Shown piece after piece: positions 41,765 to 52,283 of a stretch of 64,000 nt of DNA. Every line of letters begins with the position of its first letter. Positions within the stretch are counted from its first letter, which is position 1. A program made the translations under genes and the position numbers. Source of the stretch: Caldisphaera sp. (lineage in GTDB: Archaea; Thermoproteota; Thermoprotei_A; Sulfolobales; Acidilobaceae); contig JBMFKU010000004.1 of NCBI GenBank assembly GCA_049971805.1, positions 1 through 64,000 on the forward strand. Direction: 5' to 3'. The notes below the pieces were generated by a model. That model had not been told where the DNA came from and did no database searches. It saw nothing but the letters and a program-made list of their open reading frames with translations.

Positions 41765-42078
41765 GCTTACCTTCTACCTTTATTATAAAAAATTTTTATG
41801 TTTATTAATCTATAATCTTAGTTGTTATGCTATTAATTAAGATTTATTGATAAAAATAATAAGTGAACCTTGAATTTATGATAGAATAAAAGATTTAAGA
41901 GCTATTAATGTTTAAAATAAGAAGACGAGCACATTATTAATATATGTATGAACAACATATCTTTTTTCATATATTATTTAAAATGATTCTAAAATAATAA
42001 TTAAAATTAAATTAATAACAAAGTTTTTAATCTTTTCTAACATTTTTATGTTTGAGCTGCGATTGGTGATGCACATTT

Positions 42079-42726
42079 GTGGAGCTTAAAGAAACACACA
42101 ATTTATGGATTGGCCTAGTCAAAATATCAGAATTAAAACAGCACGAATATGCTATAGAAGATCATGTCTATAATATAAGAAAATCATTAGAAAAGACAAA
42201 AATTTTAAGAAAACCAATAATAGCCGATATAAATACAGGATTAGTAATAGATGGAGCGCATAGGACTAGAGCATTAAGCTCTCTTGACGCCAAATATATT
42301 CCAGCAATATTAGTTAATTATCTTGATAATAAAGAAATAACTTTGAATAAATGGATTAGAATCTATTTAATGAACATTTCTTCAAGGGATCTTTCCTATA
42401 TAAAATCTATATTCACTTTTAATGAAATAACAATAACTAACAGCACAATAAAAGTAAAATTATATAATAATGGATTAGATAGTTATATGCAAATAAACAA
42501 ATTTGAAAATGATTATAAAAATCAGATTAACAAAATAAAATTTTCTAAAAGCATTGATAAGAAAATTAGAATAAAAAATGCACTAATTTTAGAGCCTCCT
42601 TTATTGACTAAAGAAGAGGTTGTAAGAGCGGCAGAAAATCAAATTCTTTTACCACCAAGATCAACAAGACATATAACAGATCTTAAGAAAGTTTATATCA
42701 GCTATCCTCTTAAATATCTTTTTTAG
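42079..42726 (+). CDS. ParB/sulfiredoxin-like N-terminal domain protein
   Basis: LKQHE, KPIIAD..VIDGAHR..AL, LPPRSTRH. Confidence 0.8.
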   Translation: MELKETHNLWIGLVKISELKQHEYAIEDHVYNIRKSLEKTKILRKPIIADINTGLVIDGAHRTRALSSLDAKYIPAILVNYLDNKEITLNKWIRIYLMNISSRDLSYIKSIFTFNEITITNSTIKVKLYNNGLDSYMQINKFENDYKNQINKIKFSKSIDKKIRIKNALILEPPLLTKEEVVRAAENQILLPPRSTRHITDLKKVYISYPLKYLF

Positions 42727-42944
42727 TTTTTTTACTGTTGCTATGCTATATCCTGGTTATTCCTTTTCTAGCATAAAATGCAATTATTTATTAACTATGT
42801 TAATAATTACTTTATTGACAACAAATAAAGATTTTTTAAGATAAAGATGAATAAAATTTATAAAGATTAAAAGACTTATAAAATTAGGAGAAAGATGGGT
42901 TAATTAGAGGTACTGATCTAAGTTACCCATATGAAGTACTTAAT

Positions 42945-42996
42945 TTCGAGGTAGGAATCCGCTTTGAAGAAAGCCTTTAGAGCGGAGAGAAGTTAA
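42945..42996 (+). mobile_element. Possible degenerate IS200/IS605 end hairpin
   Basis: tccgct..gcctttagagcggagagaagtta resembles the gcccttnagggcggggaggaagtca end motif. Confidence 0.35.
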
Positions 42997-43006
42997 TAAA
43001 TTTGGT

Positions 43007-43330
43007 TTGGTGATTATTATGGCTTCAGATAAGGAAAGTAAAAATTTAGATGAAAGCAAATTAAAACTAAATAAAACATCAAAAAACATTGGGATATCTC
43101 TTATAGCAATAGGGGTGGCTTTGTTAATCTTCGTATTTTATGAGGCCTATGCGTCTTTTTTAAATCCAGGATTTATTGCAACGATAAATAATGCAACATC
43201 AAGTAATTCCATTCCCATAGCATTTACAGCAGAGGCTTTAGTAATTTTATTAATAAAGGTTGCATTCCTTGGTATCGCGCTAGCTGCAGGCTCTACAATA
43301 TTATCGAAAGGGGTTGAACTAATAAAATAA
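43007..43330 (+). CDS. Small 2-TM hypothetical protein
   Basis: Two hydrophobic helices, GGTGA SD; likely start ATG 43019. Confidence 0.75.
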   Translation: MVIIMASDKESKNLDESKLKLNKTSKNIGISLIAIGVALLIFVFYEAYASFLNPGFIATINNATSSNSIPIAFTAEALVILLIKVAFLGIALAAGSTILSKGVELIK

Positions 43331-43339
43331 TGGGGATTT

Positions 43340-43738
43340 ATGTTGAAATTAGGTCTTTTAGCAGTTATAGCAGGTTTGATTTTAATTGGATTAGCTACGT
43401 ATCCATTATATGTCTTTGTTTCAGGGTTTTTTTCTCATCCATTATATATAAATGAGACTGAAACGAATTGCAATACAAGCATAGGATTGCTCTTTAATAT
43501 CAAATATAACAATGATGTAGAAATAAGCAATTCTAACATATCCTTAACGTTAACTTATAATAATAATAGTGAAAGAAATTTATTAATATATTCAGGAAAT
43601 TTGTTGCCTAATGAAACAATTTCAAAATGCTTTCCTGTAAATTATTTTGAAAATGCAACTAAATATGAATTCTTCTTTAGTGGTAAGATAGCAGGCCTTT
43701 ATTATTTTAATTTTACAGAGGTGAACAGTATTGGATAG
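43340..43738 (+). CDS. Membrane-anchored beta-rich hypothetical protein
   Basis: N-terminal TM, several NxS/T sequons, two Cys. Confidence 0.7.
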   Translation: MLKLGLLAVIAGLILIGLATYPLYVFVSGFFSHPLYINETETNCNTSIGLLFNIKYNNDVEISNSNISLTLTYNNNSERNLLIYSGNLLPNETISKCFPVNYFENATKYEFFFSGKIAGLYYFNFTEVNSIG

Positions 43739-44195
43739 AAACAAAATAAAATGGATAATAAAGCAAATAATATTGGGTTTAATAGAGGGGATATTTTATT
43801 CTATTGTTTACATTTATATATTACCTTATTTATATAGTTATGTTTTATCTTCAGTTTCCTATGGATTTTCGATTTCTAGTTTATTGCCTTCTTATCTAAC
43901 ATCAGAAATACTAATTTTTATTGGTTTATTCATGGGTTTAGAAGTTGTTGCTAGGATTATGAAAGGAACAATATATAATCCATTATTAAGAGCTTCATCT
44001 TCTTTATTAGGATTGCTAATTGTACTAAGTTATTTTAATGATGGAATACTGAGAGTCGGACCAATACCAGTTCAAAGCGGAGGAGATGTATTTATTACTT
44101 TAGATTTGTCATTAATTCTTTTAATATATGTTGCATTTATAGCAGCACCTGGTATAATAATTCCTTTCGTTGAGTATTATGTTGAAAATAAATAG
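43731..44195 (+). CDS. 4-TM hypothetical membrane protein
   Basis: Hydrophobic; 8-bp overlap with the previous gene; GAGGTGA SD. Confidence 0.75.
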   Translation: MDRNKIKWIIKQIILGLIEGIFYSIVYIYILPYLYSYVLSSVSYGFSISSLLPSYLTSEILIFIGLFMGLEVVARIMKGTIYNPLLRASSSLLGLLIVLSYFNDGILRVGPIPVQSGGDVFITLDLSLILLIYVAFIAAPGIIIPFVEYYVENK

Positions 44196-44240
44196 AATAT
44201 TGATTGAGTTTATTATCTTATTTTAATTAATTTTTTATGA

Positions 44241-44312
44241 GGGCCGGTAGTTCAGCGGAAGAATGCCGCCCTCGCACGGCGGAGATCCCGGGTTCAAATC
44301 CCGGCCGGTCCA
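44241..44312 (+). tRNA. tRNA-Ala (CGC)
   Basis: GGGCCGG/CCGGTCC acceptor with G3:U70, loop CTCGCAC. Confidence 0.95.
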
Positions 44313-44770
44313 TTTTAATTGTTATTTAATTTTGTTTATTACCTTAATTTTATCTTGTGCTCTCATTTAGTTAACTCTATTAACTTTGAATAGGCTTCAA
44401 TATATAGCCAGATGCTGTGGGGGAAAACCCATAGGTTTTATGATAACTCTGCAAATTCGAGTTTTATATAGGTATATTGGCCAATAATGAACAACAATTT
44501 TAAAGCATATTAACAACAGTTTATACCAGTATAAACTCATGAACTTTTTATTAAGCTGTTCTTGCAAACTTAGAATAAGAAGTTTATGATATTAAAAAGT
44601 TGTAAATTTTACTTAATTATACCAAAAGTATATAGAATTTTGCTATGCTGAAATATTAGTAGGATTAGTTTCTGATTAATATCGATATAGCTGCATTGGC
44701 TTTTATTTTTTATTATTCTCTCTATTAAGCATTAAAAAATTAGTAAATAAATATAAAAATAATTATTCAT

Positions 44771-45688
44771 TTAAATACCCTTAGCTCCTCCACCTAATGC
44801 TGCGAGCCCTTTGATAAAGTATCTGCCTAATACTACGAATACAGCTAAAGGAACTATAGATTCTATCACACCTGCAGCAAATGATCTATTATAAATAATA
44901 GCATATCCTCCAGCATATTGCCTTACAGCTACTGGTAGAAGCATAAGGTGCGGATTACTTATTAACAACTGTGGAATAAAGAAATTGTTCCAGATTTGTA
45001 GGAATGTAAATATTAAGGTGGAAAGAAAACCAGGAATCATTAATGGCATTAGTATTTTCCAAAATATATTCCAATCTCCAGTTCCATCTACTTTAGCGGC
45101 TTCAATTAAGTATTTTGGAACTGATGGCATAAATATTGACATTAATAATGCTGCCATTGGAATATAAAACATTAAATAAGCAAAAATGACTCCATAGTAC
45201 GTATTAAATATTTTAAAGAATGCTGATATTTCTATTAATGGTACTGTGGCGGTTTCAACAGGTAGATATGTTGCTAAAGATATTATAGCAAAACCTATTG
45301 TGCTGGCAATATAGTTTCTATCCATCAGTGTGTAAAAGAAATAAGCTCCCATAGCTCCAAGTAATGTTGCTAAAAATGCTATAGGTAACCCTATTATAAT
45401 TTCTCTGATCAATGGCCATTCAAGTCCTATCATACCATAAATTCCCCCAAAACCATGCCAATCAAAATAATATGCTTCACCACTTGGTTTGCTTGGAGGA
45501 ATCAATGCTGGTGATGCTGCAGCTTGTATATTTGATTTAAGCCCACCAACTATTAAAGAGTAGAGTGGGATAAGCCATAATATAATCAAGATTAATGCAA
45601 CCAATTGTAAAATTACATATTTTGCTACTCTTTTAGCATATTCGTTATTTTTAGGTAAGCCTTTTTCATTTGACTTCACATATATCAC
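44771..45688 (-). CDS. Carbohydrate ABC transporter permease (MalG-like)
   Basis: EAAKVDG EAA loop, IWNNF. Confidence 0.92.
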   Translation of the reverse strand: MIYVKSNEKGLPKNNEYAKRVAKYVILQLVALILIILWLIPLYSLIVGGLKSNIQAAASPALIPPSKPSGEAYYFDWHGFGGIYGMIGLEWPLIREIIIGLPIAFLATLLGAMGAYFFYTLMDRNYIASTIGFAIISLATYLPVETATVPLIEISAFFKIFNTYYGVIFAYLMFYIPMAALLMSIFMPSVPKYLIEAAKVDGTGDWNIFWKILMPLMIPGFLSTLIFTFLQIWNNFFIPQLLISNPHLMLLPVAVRQYAGGYAIIYNRSFAAGVIESIVPLAVFVVLGRYFIKGLAALGGGAKGI

Positions 45689-46545
45689 CTCCTAAATACC
45701 CACTTCATTAACCCTAATATAGCAAATGGTAGAATTACAGCAGCGGCTATTAAAGTAACAATAACTGACATAGCGGCTGATGCAGAGAAATATTCTGATA
45801 TAAATAAGTTATATACATACATAACAAATGTCATCATAGTCGGGCTTGTTGCTGCCCCTCCTAATACGAACGGTATTGTAAATATTCTGAAGGAAAATAA
45901 AAATAAAAGAGCTGTTGCTACTATGAAGCCATTCATAGAGTTTGGTATTAATATTCTAAATAATATTTTTGTTCCACTGGCGCGATCTAGCTTTGCTGCT
46001 TCTATTACTGATTTATCAACATTCATGAAGGAAGCTAAATAAAATAAAATTGCTAATCCAGTGTATGCCCACGTTTCAATAATAACCATAGAAACTAGTG
46101 CCATGGACGAACTTCCCAACCAATATGGAGCTGGTAAATGCATTAATTTTAATACATAATCGACTCCTCTTATTGGGTCAAGAAGCCATTCCCAAATTAA
46201 TGCACTGGTTGAGGAAGCTATTGCTAATGGATATATAAATACGGAAAGATAAACCGATCTTTGAACATTGCTTGGTATAAAATATAATATTCCAGCAGCT
46301 AATAATCCTAAAATATTTCCAATAGCAACTAATCCTAGAGTAAAAATAATTGTGTGAATTGCTGAAATTTTAAAGAAGTATTGTGAAAATAAATAAGAAT
46401 ATGTAGCTAAACCAACAAACTTAGGTTTTCTAACTAAAATTGAATAATTTTGCAAGGAAAGCCAAACATTATAGATGACAGTAAACATTAGAAGTCCTGC
46501 AAAGAATAGTGTTGGTAATGCCATTATATAAACTGATTTTTTCAT
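45685..46545 (-). CDS. Carbohydrate ABC transporter permease (MalF-like)
   Basis: FVGLATY, EAAKLDRA. Confidence 0.92.
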   Translation of the reverse strand: MKKSVYIMALPTLFFAGLLMFTVIYNVWLSLQNYSILVRKPKFVGLATYSYLFSQYFFKISAIHTIIFTLGLVAIGNILGLLAAGILYFIPSNVQRSVYLSVFIYPLAIASSTSALIWEWLLDPIRGVDYVLKLMHLPAPYWLGSSSMALVSMVIIETWAYTGLAILFYLASFMNVDKSVIEAAKLDRASGTKILFRILIPNSMNGFIVATALLFLFSFRIFTIPFVLGGAATSPTMMTFVMYVYNLFISEYFSASAAMSVIVTLIAAAVILPFAILGLMKWVFRR

Positions 46546-46640
46546 ACTTAAGCACCCTCTTCATGTGTTTATATATAAAAAAAGATTAAAAACATTTGCG
46601 ATATTACTTACAAAGATATAAAAAATAAAAAATTAAATTT

Positions 46641-48332
46641 TTACCACGTATATGTGGGGCATGTATAATTAGACATATATGCGTATGTATTTGGATTAAC
46701 CCATGGAGGCAAATAGTTTGCAAAAGGCTCTCCTTTCATTCCTAGGAATCCAAATCCACTTTTTGCTGCTGTTTGCCATTCTGTGCATTGTTGATGCATT
46801 ATTGATGCAAATTGTGAATTAAAGGTATTTATATAACCAACACCACTTGTTTGCAAAGTTTCTGTTTGTGATATCATAGCTGAGAATGTATCTGTAAACA
46901 ATGATTCGTCACTTGGATCAATTGTATATGCTGCAGGATCTGTAGCTGAGATGTTTTTGAGTGTTTCGTAATCATACCATTGTGCAGTTGTAGGATAGAA
47001 GTCTGTACCGTTGCTCCAAACCTCTACACCTTTACCACTGGATGTCCAAACTTCCATACCTTGGTATGAGTCCCAATATTCAGCAAATGTTACTGCAGCC
47101 TGTTCTACTGGATTTGCGTAAGATGGTACTGCAACAGAGTCTTCATTAACTGCGTAGTTACCCCACGTACCTGGGAATGGTTGTTCCATTAAGGTTATAT
47201 TGGTCCAATTTGTATATGGTGGAACAGGTGCATATGCATTAACATGATACCATATATGAGCATATTCTGTTACCCAGTTTCCATTTGCTTGGAACACACT
47301 AGTTCCTTGTATTATATCAGCTAAACCTGAAGACCATGTTAGAGTTTGCCATCCTGGATAATCGTAGCCTGTGAAATATATGAAGTCGTAATCTGTTTGA
47401 TTTATCAATGATTGTACAGCTGGATCACTAAAATTCAGTACTCCATAGAGAATTTCATTATATAGTTTGGCACCTCCTGCAGGTCCATATTTTTCAGATG
47501 CTAATCCTAGGAATATGTCTTCCCATAAGTTTAGTTGATCCCAGCCACCATCTGCTCCTGGTACCATCCAAATGCCTGTAACTCCTTTGGATGCAAGTAT
47601 TTTTGTATCGTTTATTAATTGTTGAACAGTCATAATTGGATATGAAATATTGTATTTTCTAAGTGTTTGTGGATTATAATACAATAATACTCCTCTATGT
47701 GCTTCTACTGGTAGTGAAAACATAGTTCCATTAAACATACCTGCTAATAGAGCTTCTTTAACTGCCATTGTATATAATCCAGTTTTTTGTGCTATTGGCG
47801 TGAAGTTTACAAAGTCTGCTGCAAGTTGAGGCATAACCTCTACGTAAGACCACATAACGGGTGAGTAATGTGCCTGGAATGAGTTGGGTGGTTTTCCAGC
47901 TTCTATCATACCTAATATTACGAATTGCGCTACTGTACCTCCCGCGCCAGATACTGATGTATAACTAACTTTATATTGAGGATATTTGGCAGAAAAGTTA
48001 CCTGCTACCCATTCTAATCCTGGCGGATCTTCGGGACCCCACCAGTTTAGGAATGTAAATGTTGTTACTGAAGGCGTTGTTGTAGTTGTTGTAACTGGTA
48101 CAGTTAAAGTTGATGTTGTAGTTACAGTTGTAGGTACTACAGATGTAGTTGTAACTGGTACAGCCGATGTAGTTGTAACTGGTACAGCCGATGTAGTTGT
48201 AACAGTAGTGGTTGTGGTAACTTTTCTTGTTGCATAATACCCAGCAACCGCTCCTAGTACGACAACTACAATAACAATACCAATGATGCCATACAATGCC
48301 CCTTTACTTATACCTCTCTCCTTTTCTTTCAT
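46641..48332 (-). CDS. Sugar ABC transporter substrate-binding protein (GlcS-like) with Thr-rich linker
   Basis: N-terminal class III-like signal/TM, TTTSAVPV repeats, NWW, GAGG, AGKPPNSFQAH, GNW. Confidence 0.88.
   Translation of the reverse strand: MKEKERGISKGALYGIIGIVIVVVVLGAVAGYYATRKVTTTTTVTTTSAVPVTTTSAVPVTTTSVVPTTVTTTSTLTVPVTTTTTTPSVTTFTFLNWWGPEDPPGLEWVAGNFSAKYPQYKVSYTSVSGAGGTVAQFVILGMIEAGKPPNSFQAHYSPVMWSYVEVMPQLAADFVNFTPIAQKTGLYTMAVKEALLAGMFNGTMFSLPVEAHRGVLLYYNPQTLRKYNISYPIMTVQQLINDTKILASKGVTGIWMVPGADGGWDQLNLWEDIFLGLASEKYGPAGGAKLYNEILYGVLNFSDPAVQSLINQTDYDFIYFTGYDYPGWQTLTWSSGLADIIQGTSVFQANGNWVTEYAHIWYHVNAYAPVPPYTNWTNITLMEQPFPGTWGNYAVNEDSVAVPSYANPVEQAAVTFAEYWDSYQGMEVWTSSGKGVEVWSNGTDFYPTTAQWYDYETLKNISATDPAAYTIDPSDESLFTDTFSAMISQTETLQTSGVGYINTFNSQFASIMHQQCTEWQTAAKSGFGFLGMKGEPFANYLPPWVNPNTYAYMSNYTCPTYTW
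48085..48220 (-). repeat. 24-bp tandem coding repeats (VTTTSAVP) in the binding-protein linker
   Basis: gatgtagttgtaactggtacagcc twice from 48142, plus degenerate copies. Confidence 0.85.
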
Positions 48333-48548
48333 ATTCTAACACACCTTCTGCAAAAAATCTGATTTATTATATAATAATAGGAGGTATTAAAGTATTCTCT
48401 TCTTAAAAATTGTTTAATATTAATTAAAATAGTAATTAATTTCATTAAAAAAGATAAAATTTATAAAAAATATATTAAAAAATTGAAATATTATTTTTAG
48501 ATTTGAGTTAATCCTAACAATAAAAATAATAGTAAGTATTTATGGTAT

Positions 48549-48923
48549 TTAAAAAACAAGAGGTATATACCCTTGAGAAAGCAGAAATGCAACTTTATTT
48601 CCTGCGTATATTACATCTATTCCCATTTGTGATGAAATTAAATTAAGATTATTTAAAAAATTATTTTGCTCTGCAATAAATTTGCATGCTACTGTTTTTT
48701 GATTGCTTACTATATTATAGTTTTTCAAAGCATCTAATAGCCTTTTATTACCAAGACTAAGTTCCTTTTCTATGGGTCCAAAGAATATAACTTTGACATC
48801 ACTGGCCCATTTATATTTTAATGCGTTTGTTGCCCATAGAAGACCTGTTAATGCTTTATCTATATCGCTGCTTGAAATTATAACTAATGCCTTAATATTA
48901 GATATGTCCTTAGAGCTCAACAA
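48549..48923 (-). CDS. DsrE-family protein
   Basis: VKVIFFGP.E, VACKFIAE, GYIPLVF. Confidence 0.75.
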   Translation of the reverse strand: MLSSKDISNIKALVIISSSDIDKALTGLLWATNALKYKWASDVKVIFFGPIEKELSLGNKRLLDALKNYNIVSNQKTVACKFIAEQNNFLNNLNLISSQMGIDVIYAGNKVAFLLSQGYIPLVF

Positions 48924-49221
48924 TTACACCCAATAATTGGTAAAATGGTAACCTTTTTAAATGCATGTTTAACATATAAATAAAAATTTAAATTTGTATT
49001 TATTAAAAATAATATTGTAATAATTTGTTTATATTTTTATATAGAAATTAATATAGTTTTAGTTATAGCTAATTATCTAACTAATTAGTATAATTAATAT
49101 AATTAGAGCTTATTTTGCTTTTATAAATATAAGGCTATACTAAAGCAAATCGTTAATTAATTTTTTAGATTAAATGCTGGTTTATTTTGTAAATTATAAT
49201 AAATATATATTATTTTATATA

Positions 49222-49893
49222 TTAAGATGTAGTATTTGTAGATATCTTATTAACATTAGATAAATTCATTAATCTAAGCGATTGTCCTATTGCTTTAGCT
49301 ATTGGAGCTATAAAGCTCATAAAAGCAACAAAATCTTGATCAGATATTAATCTTATAATATCAGCAGGGTTAGCATTTCTAAAACTTGTTAGTTTTTTTA
49401 TGGTTTCGTTAAAAGAATTTACAAAGGTATTAATAAATTTAGCTATATTATCTAAAAAATCTATATTTAGCAACCCTTTAGCAATTTCAATAATTTTTCC
49501 TATAACACTCTTAATGTAATTTAAAAATTCAGTAAAGAGATGTAAAATGTTTTCAGTATTCAGTTGAGATGTTAGTTTTGTGATTAATTTGCTAAGTAGT
49601 TCTGATAAATGTTTAGAAGCATCTGCTAAATAGTTTATTATATTATTCTGCGAATCTATTAGTTTTATAATATTTTCTTTGTATGGATTATTTTCATCAA
49701 TTGATTTCAATGAGTTAATTAATTCTGTAAAATTTTTTATCATTATTATAGTTGCTTGCGACATAAAAGAATTTAGAAAATATGCCGTATTAACTATTAG
49801 CTCGCCAGTTATTTCTATTAAATTAGTCATAGGACTTTCTAAATTACTTTTTTCACTATTTTTTATATCTATGTTGTTCAATCTGCGCACCAA
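49222..49893 (-). CDS. Helical hypothetical protein, possibly DUF1641-like
   Basis: Amphipathic helices, C-terminal DIIRLISDQDF..KAIG. Confidence 0.5.
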   Translation of the reverse strand: MVRRLNNIDIKNSEKSNLESPMTNLIEITGELIVNTAYFLNSFMSQATIIMIKNFTELINSLKSIDENNPYKENIIKLIDSQNNIINYLADASKHLSELLSKLITKLTSQLNTENILHLFTEFLNYIKSVIGKIIEIAKGLLNIDFLDNIAKFINTFVNSFNETIKKLTSFRNANPADIIRLISDQDFVAFMSFIAPIAKAIGQSLRLMNLSNVNKISTNTTS

Positions 49894-49974
49894 CTATATT
49901 TGCAGTTTCTATCTTTATAAGGTATAAGGAAAAATTACTATAATCAATTTTTAAAAACAATGCATACATCTCTA

Positions 49975-50213
49975 ATCAATTTCACCTACAATTTTGCTTA
50001 GATCATTTAAGATTGATTGTGGGGATCTAGACCTGAGCCACTAGTCTTTTTTATAGTTGCTTGTCATGACTCCTTTGAGCCCAATGGTGCCAGGCTCACA
50101 TTTATTGCTCTTCATTACAACCTTTGGCAGAGCCACCATTGTGTGAGAAACTTGCTTACTAAAAAAGTAAACAAATATAATGGATTTTCTATGGTAATCA
50201 AAAAGATTTAGCC
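49975..50213 (-). mobile_element. Diverged second copy of the 5782-6043 IS607-derived element
   Basis: tcatgactcctttgagcccaatggtgccaggctcacat vs tcatgggactccttcgagctcaacggcgcggggctcacat; shared gtgtgaga; end aaaagatttagcc vs aaaaggatttagcc; collinear spacing. Confidence 0.75.
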
Positions 50214-50462
50214 AATTTTATCAAGAATTTCATCAAAGCCTTGACTTTATCTCCCCACTATAAATGACAGTGTTTTCAGTTATAAAATCCTGTGAAATCC
50301 ATAGGTTATGCAAAAAAGCACACATTTATTAACTTTTCTATTTAGCTTTAAACCCTTTATGTTTTATAAACTCTAGTTGTAAATTAAAATGTGGAAAAAA
50401 GAGGTAGAAGTATAGAAATCAAATATCAATAATGCATATCATAAGCAAAAAGGTGAAATACA

Positions 50463-50717
50463 ATGAGAAATGATGGTTACGTTATAATGCTCTGTCCTAG
50501 GTGCAATGTTCCAATGGATTACCTATCAGAAACAGAAAAAATAACCAATGGTAATAATAAAATTTCAAAGGTTACTAGGTATTATAGATGTCCTGTTTGT
50601 GGAAGAAGGATAATAGATGAAACTTTGATTATAAAAGATAATGGAAACCAAATAATTATTGAATCCCATACTAATGGGGCAAGAAAAATATTAGAAAAAC
50701 AGATAGCTAAAGCTTAA
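50463..50717 (+). CDS. Small Zn-ribbon protein
   Basis: [12 protein letters not shown]. Confidence 0.75.
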   Translation: MRNDGYVIMLCPRCNVPMDYLSETEKITNGNNKISKVTRYYRCPVCGRRIIDETLIIKDNGNQIIIESHTNGARKILEKQIAKA

Positions 50718-51469
50718 ACTAAATTTATTTTTTCTATAAGTTCTTTTTTACAATCAATTATCTTAGTTTCTTTAATTATAGAATCAGAATACAATTTCCT
50801 TGCTATTTTTGATATTTTATCTGCCATATAGATTGGTTTAATTGAGTTATTATAAATCATAGATTTTGCTATGTTAAAACTATCCTCTAATGATATGTTG
50901 CTTCCAATACTTATGTATATCCTTTTGTTATTGATTAATAGAATTTTTCCTACGATTTTATCCTTATAAATTAATTCGTAATTATCGTTTCTTTTAACTT
51001 CATTGCCTACTAATCTTTTCTTTGCAATCCCTATGGTTGGTATATTAAATACAACTCCTATATGAGATGCAATTCCCGCAAAGCGGGGATGCGCATAGCC
51101 ATGACCATCAACAAAAATTAGATCTGGTTTAGATCTCTTAATTAAATTTAATAAGGATGGAGTTAGCAAATACATTTCTCTAAATGCTAGCAGACCTGGG
51201 ATGTATGGTATGCATACATGGCTTAATGTGGCAAAGCAATCTATTATATTAAATTCTGGATACCCGAAAGATACTGCTATTCCTATTCCTTTCCCTTCCT
51301 TATAGCCCCAATAAGATGCATCTACGGCAGCAATTATTTTTCCATTTAAATCGTTTAATTTTTTTCCATTAAAATTAATTTTTTTAGAAATTATTTCTTT
51401 CTGAATGTATATTGCTTTGTCTATGTTAAAGCTTTTTCTTATAGATTCACATTCTCCATCTGAAGACAT
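50714..51469 (-). CDS. nfi: Endonuclease V
   Basis: [44 protein letters not shown]. Confidence 0.93.
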   Translation of the reverse strand: MSSDGECESIRKSFNIDKAIYIQKEIISKKINFNGKKLNDLNGKIIAAVDASYWGYKEGKGIGIAVSFGYPEFNIIDCFATLSHVCIPYIPGLLAFREMYLLTPSLLNLIKRSKPDLIFVDGHGYAHPRFAGIASHIGVVFNIPTIGIAKKRLVGNEVKRNDNYELIYKDKIVGKILLINNKRIYISIGSNISLEDSFNIAKSMIYNNSIKPIYMADKISKIARKLYSDSIIKETKIIDCKKELIEKINLV

Positions 51470-51503
51470 ATTTTATGCCTGTAATTAATTTGTTTTTATA
51501 TAT

Positions 51504-52127
51504 TTATTGGGTTTCTTCTATAACTTTTAATTTAAATGATTTTTCCTCCGGTTTTTTACCTAATTTAATTACAACAGAATCTATTCCATCGCCTGATGAA
51601 GAATCTCTTTCCATAGTAGTTTTTAATGCCTGTATAGCTATTTTTAGGGCATCATCAGTGCTAAGACCCTCGTTGTATTGGGATTCTAGTACTCCTAGCG
51701 CTGTTGTTCCTCCGCTTCCTACAGCCATGTATTTATCTTCGGTAATAGAGCCAAGCATATCCAATGTATATAGTTTTGGGGTATTGTCTTTATCAATACC
51801 ACCAATAATAGATTCAATTAAAAATGGTAGCATCTTATAGGAATAAAGTATGTTGGAGAATAACTTAGAAATGGCATATAGGCTCATAGTAGTTTCATTT
51901 GTAATTTCGTAAAAACTTATTTCTGCATTCATTATTCTAATTAATCCGCTAACATCAGCATATAATCCAGTTAATGAGATGCCTGCTCTGTCGTTTAAAA
52001 CATAAACCTTTTTTGCATTTCTGCTCATTATGAAGCTACCATAGGACATTCTTTTATCTGTAGCTAAAACTATTCCATCCTTTGCTCTAATTCCAACAGC
52101 TGTACCTTGCTCATATGAAATAGCCAT
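51504..52127 (-). CDS. psmB: Proteasome beta subunit (probably the non-catalytic paralog)
   Basis: GIVLATDKR, GSG, RDSSSGDG; N-terminus GTAVG instead of TTTVG. Confidence 0.9.
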   Translation of the reverse strand: MAISYEQGTAVGIRAKDGIVLATDKRMSYGSFIMSRNAKKVYVLNDRAGISLTGLYADVSGLIRIMNAEISFYEITNETTMSLYAISKLFSNILYSYKMLPFLIESIIGGIDKDNTPKLYTLDMLGSITEDKYMAVGSGGTTALGVLESQYNEGLSTDDALKIAIQALKTTMERDSSSGDGIDSVVIKLGKKPEEKSFKLKVIEETQ

Positions 52128-52283
52128 ATTATTTCACCTATCTCCAATTCTTGTATAGAGCCAGCCTTTAAAGGGCTTATGCTATATTTTTGTAATTTTA
52201 TTTTACATTCTTAATAAAAATTAAAATTATTTAAAAGAAATAACTTAAAGCCTTTAAATAATAATATAAATAGGGGATGTAAA

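Noticed and set aside
42900-50300. Integrated element at tRNA-Ala
   Set aside because: No integrase and no duplicated tRNA fragment (att site) seen
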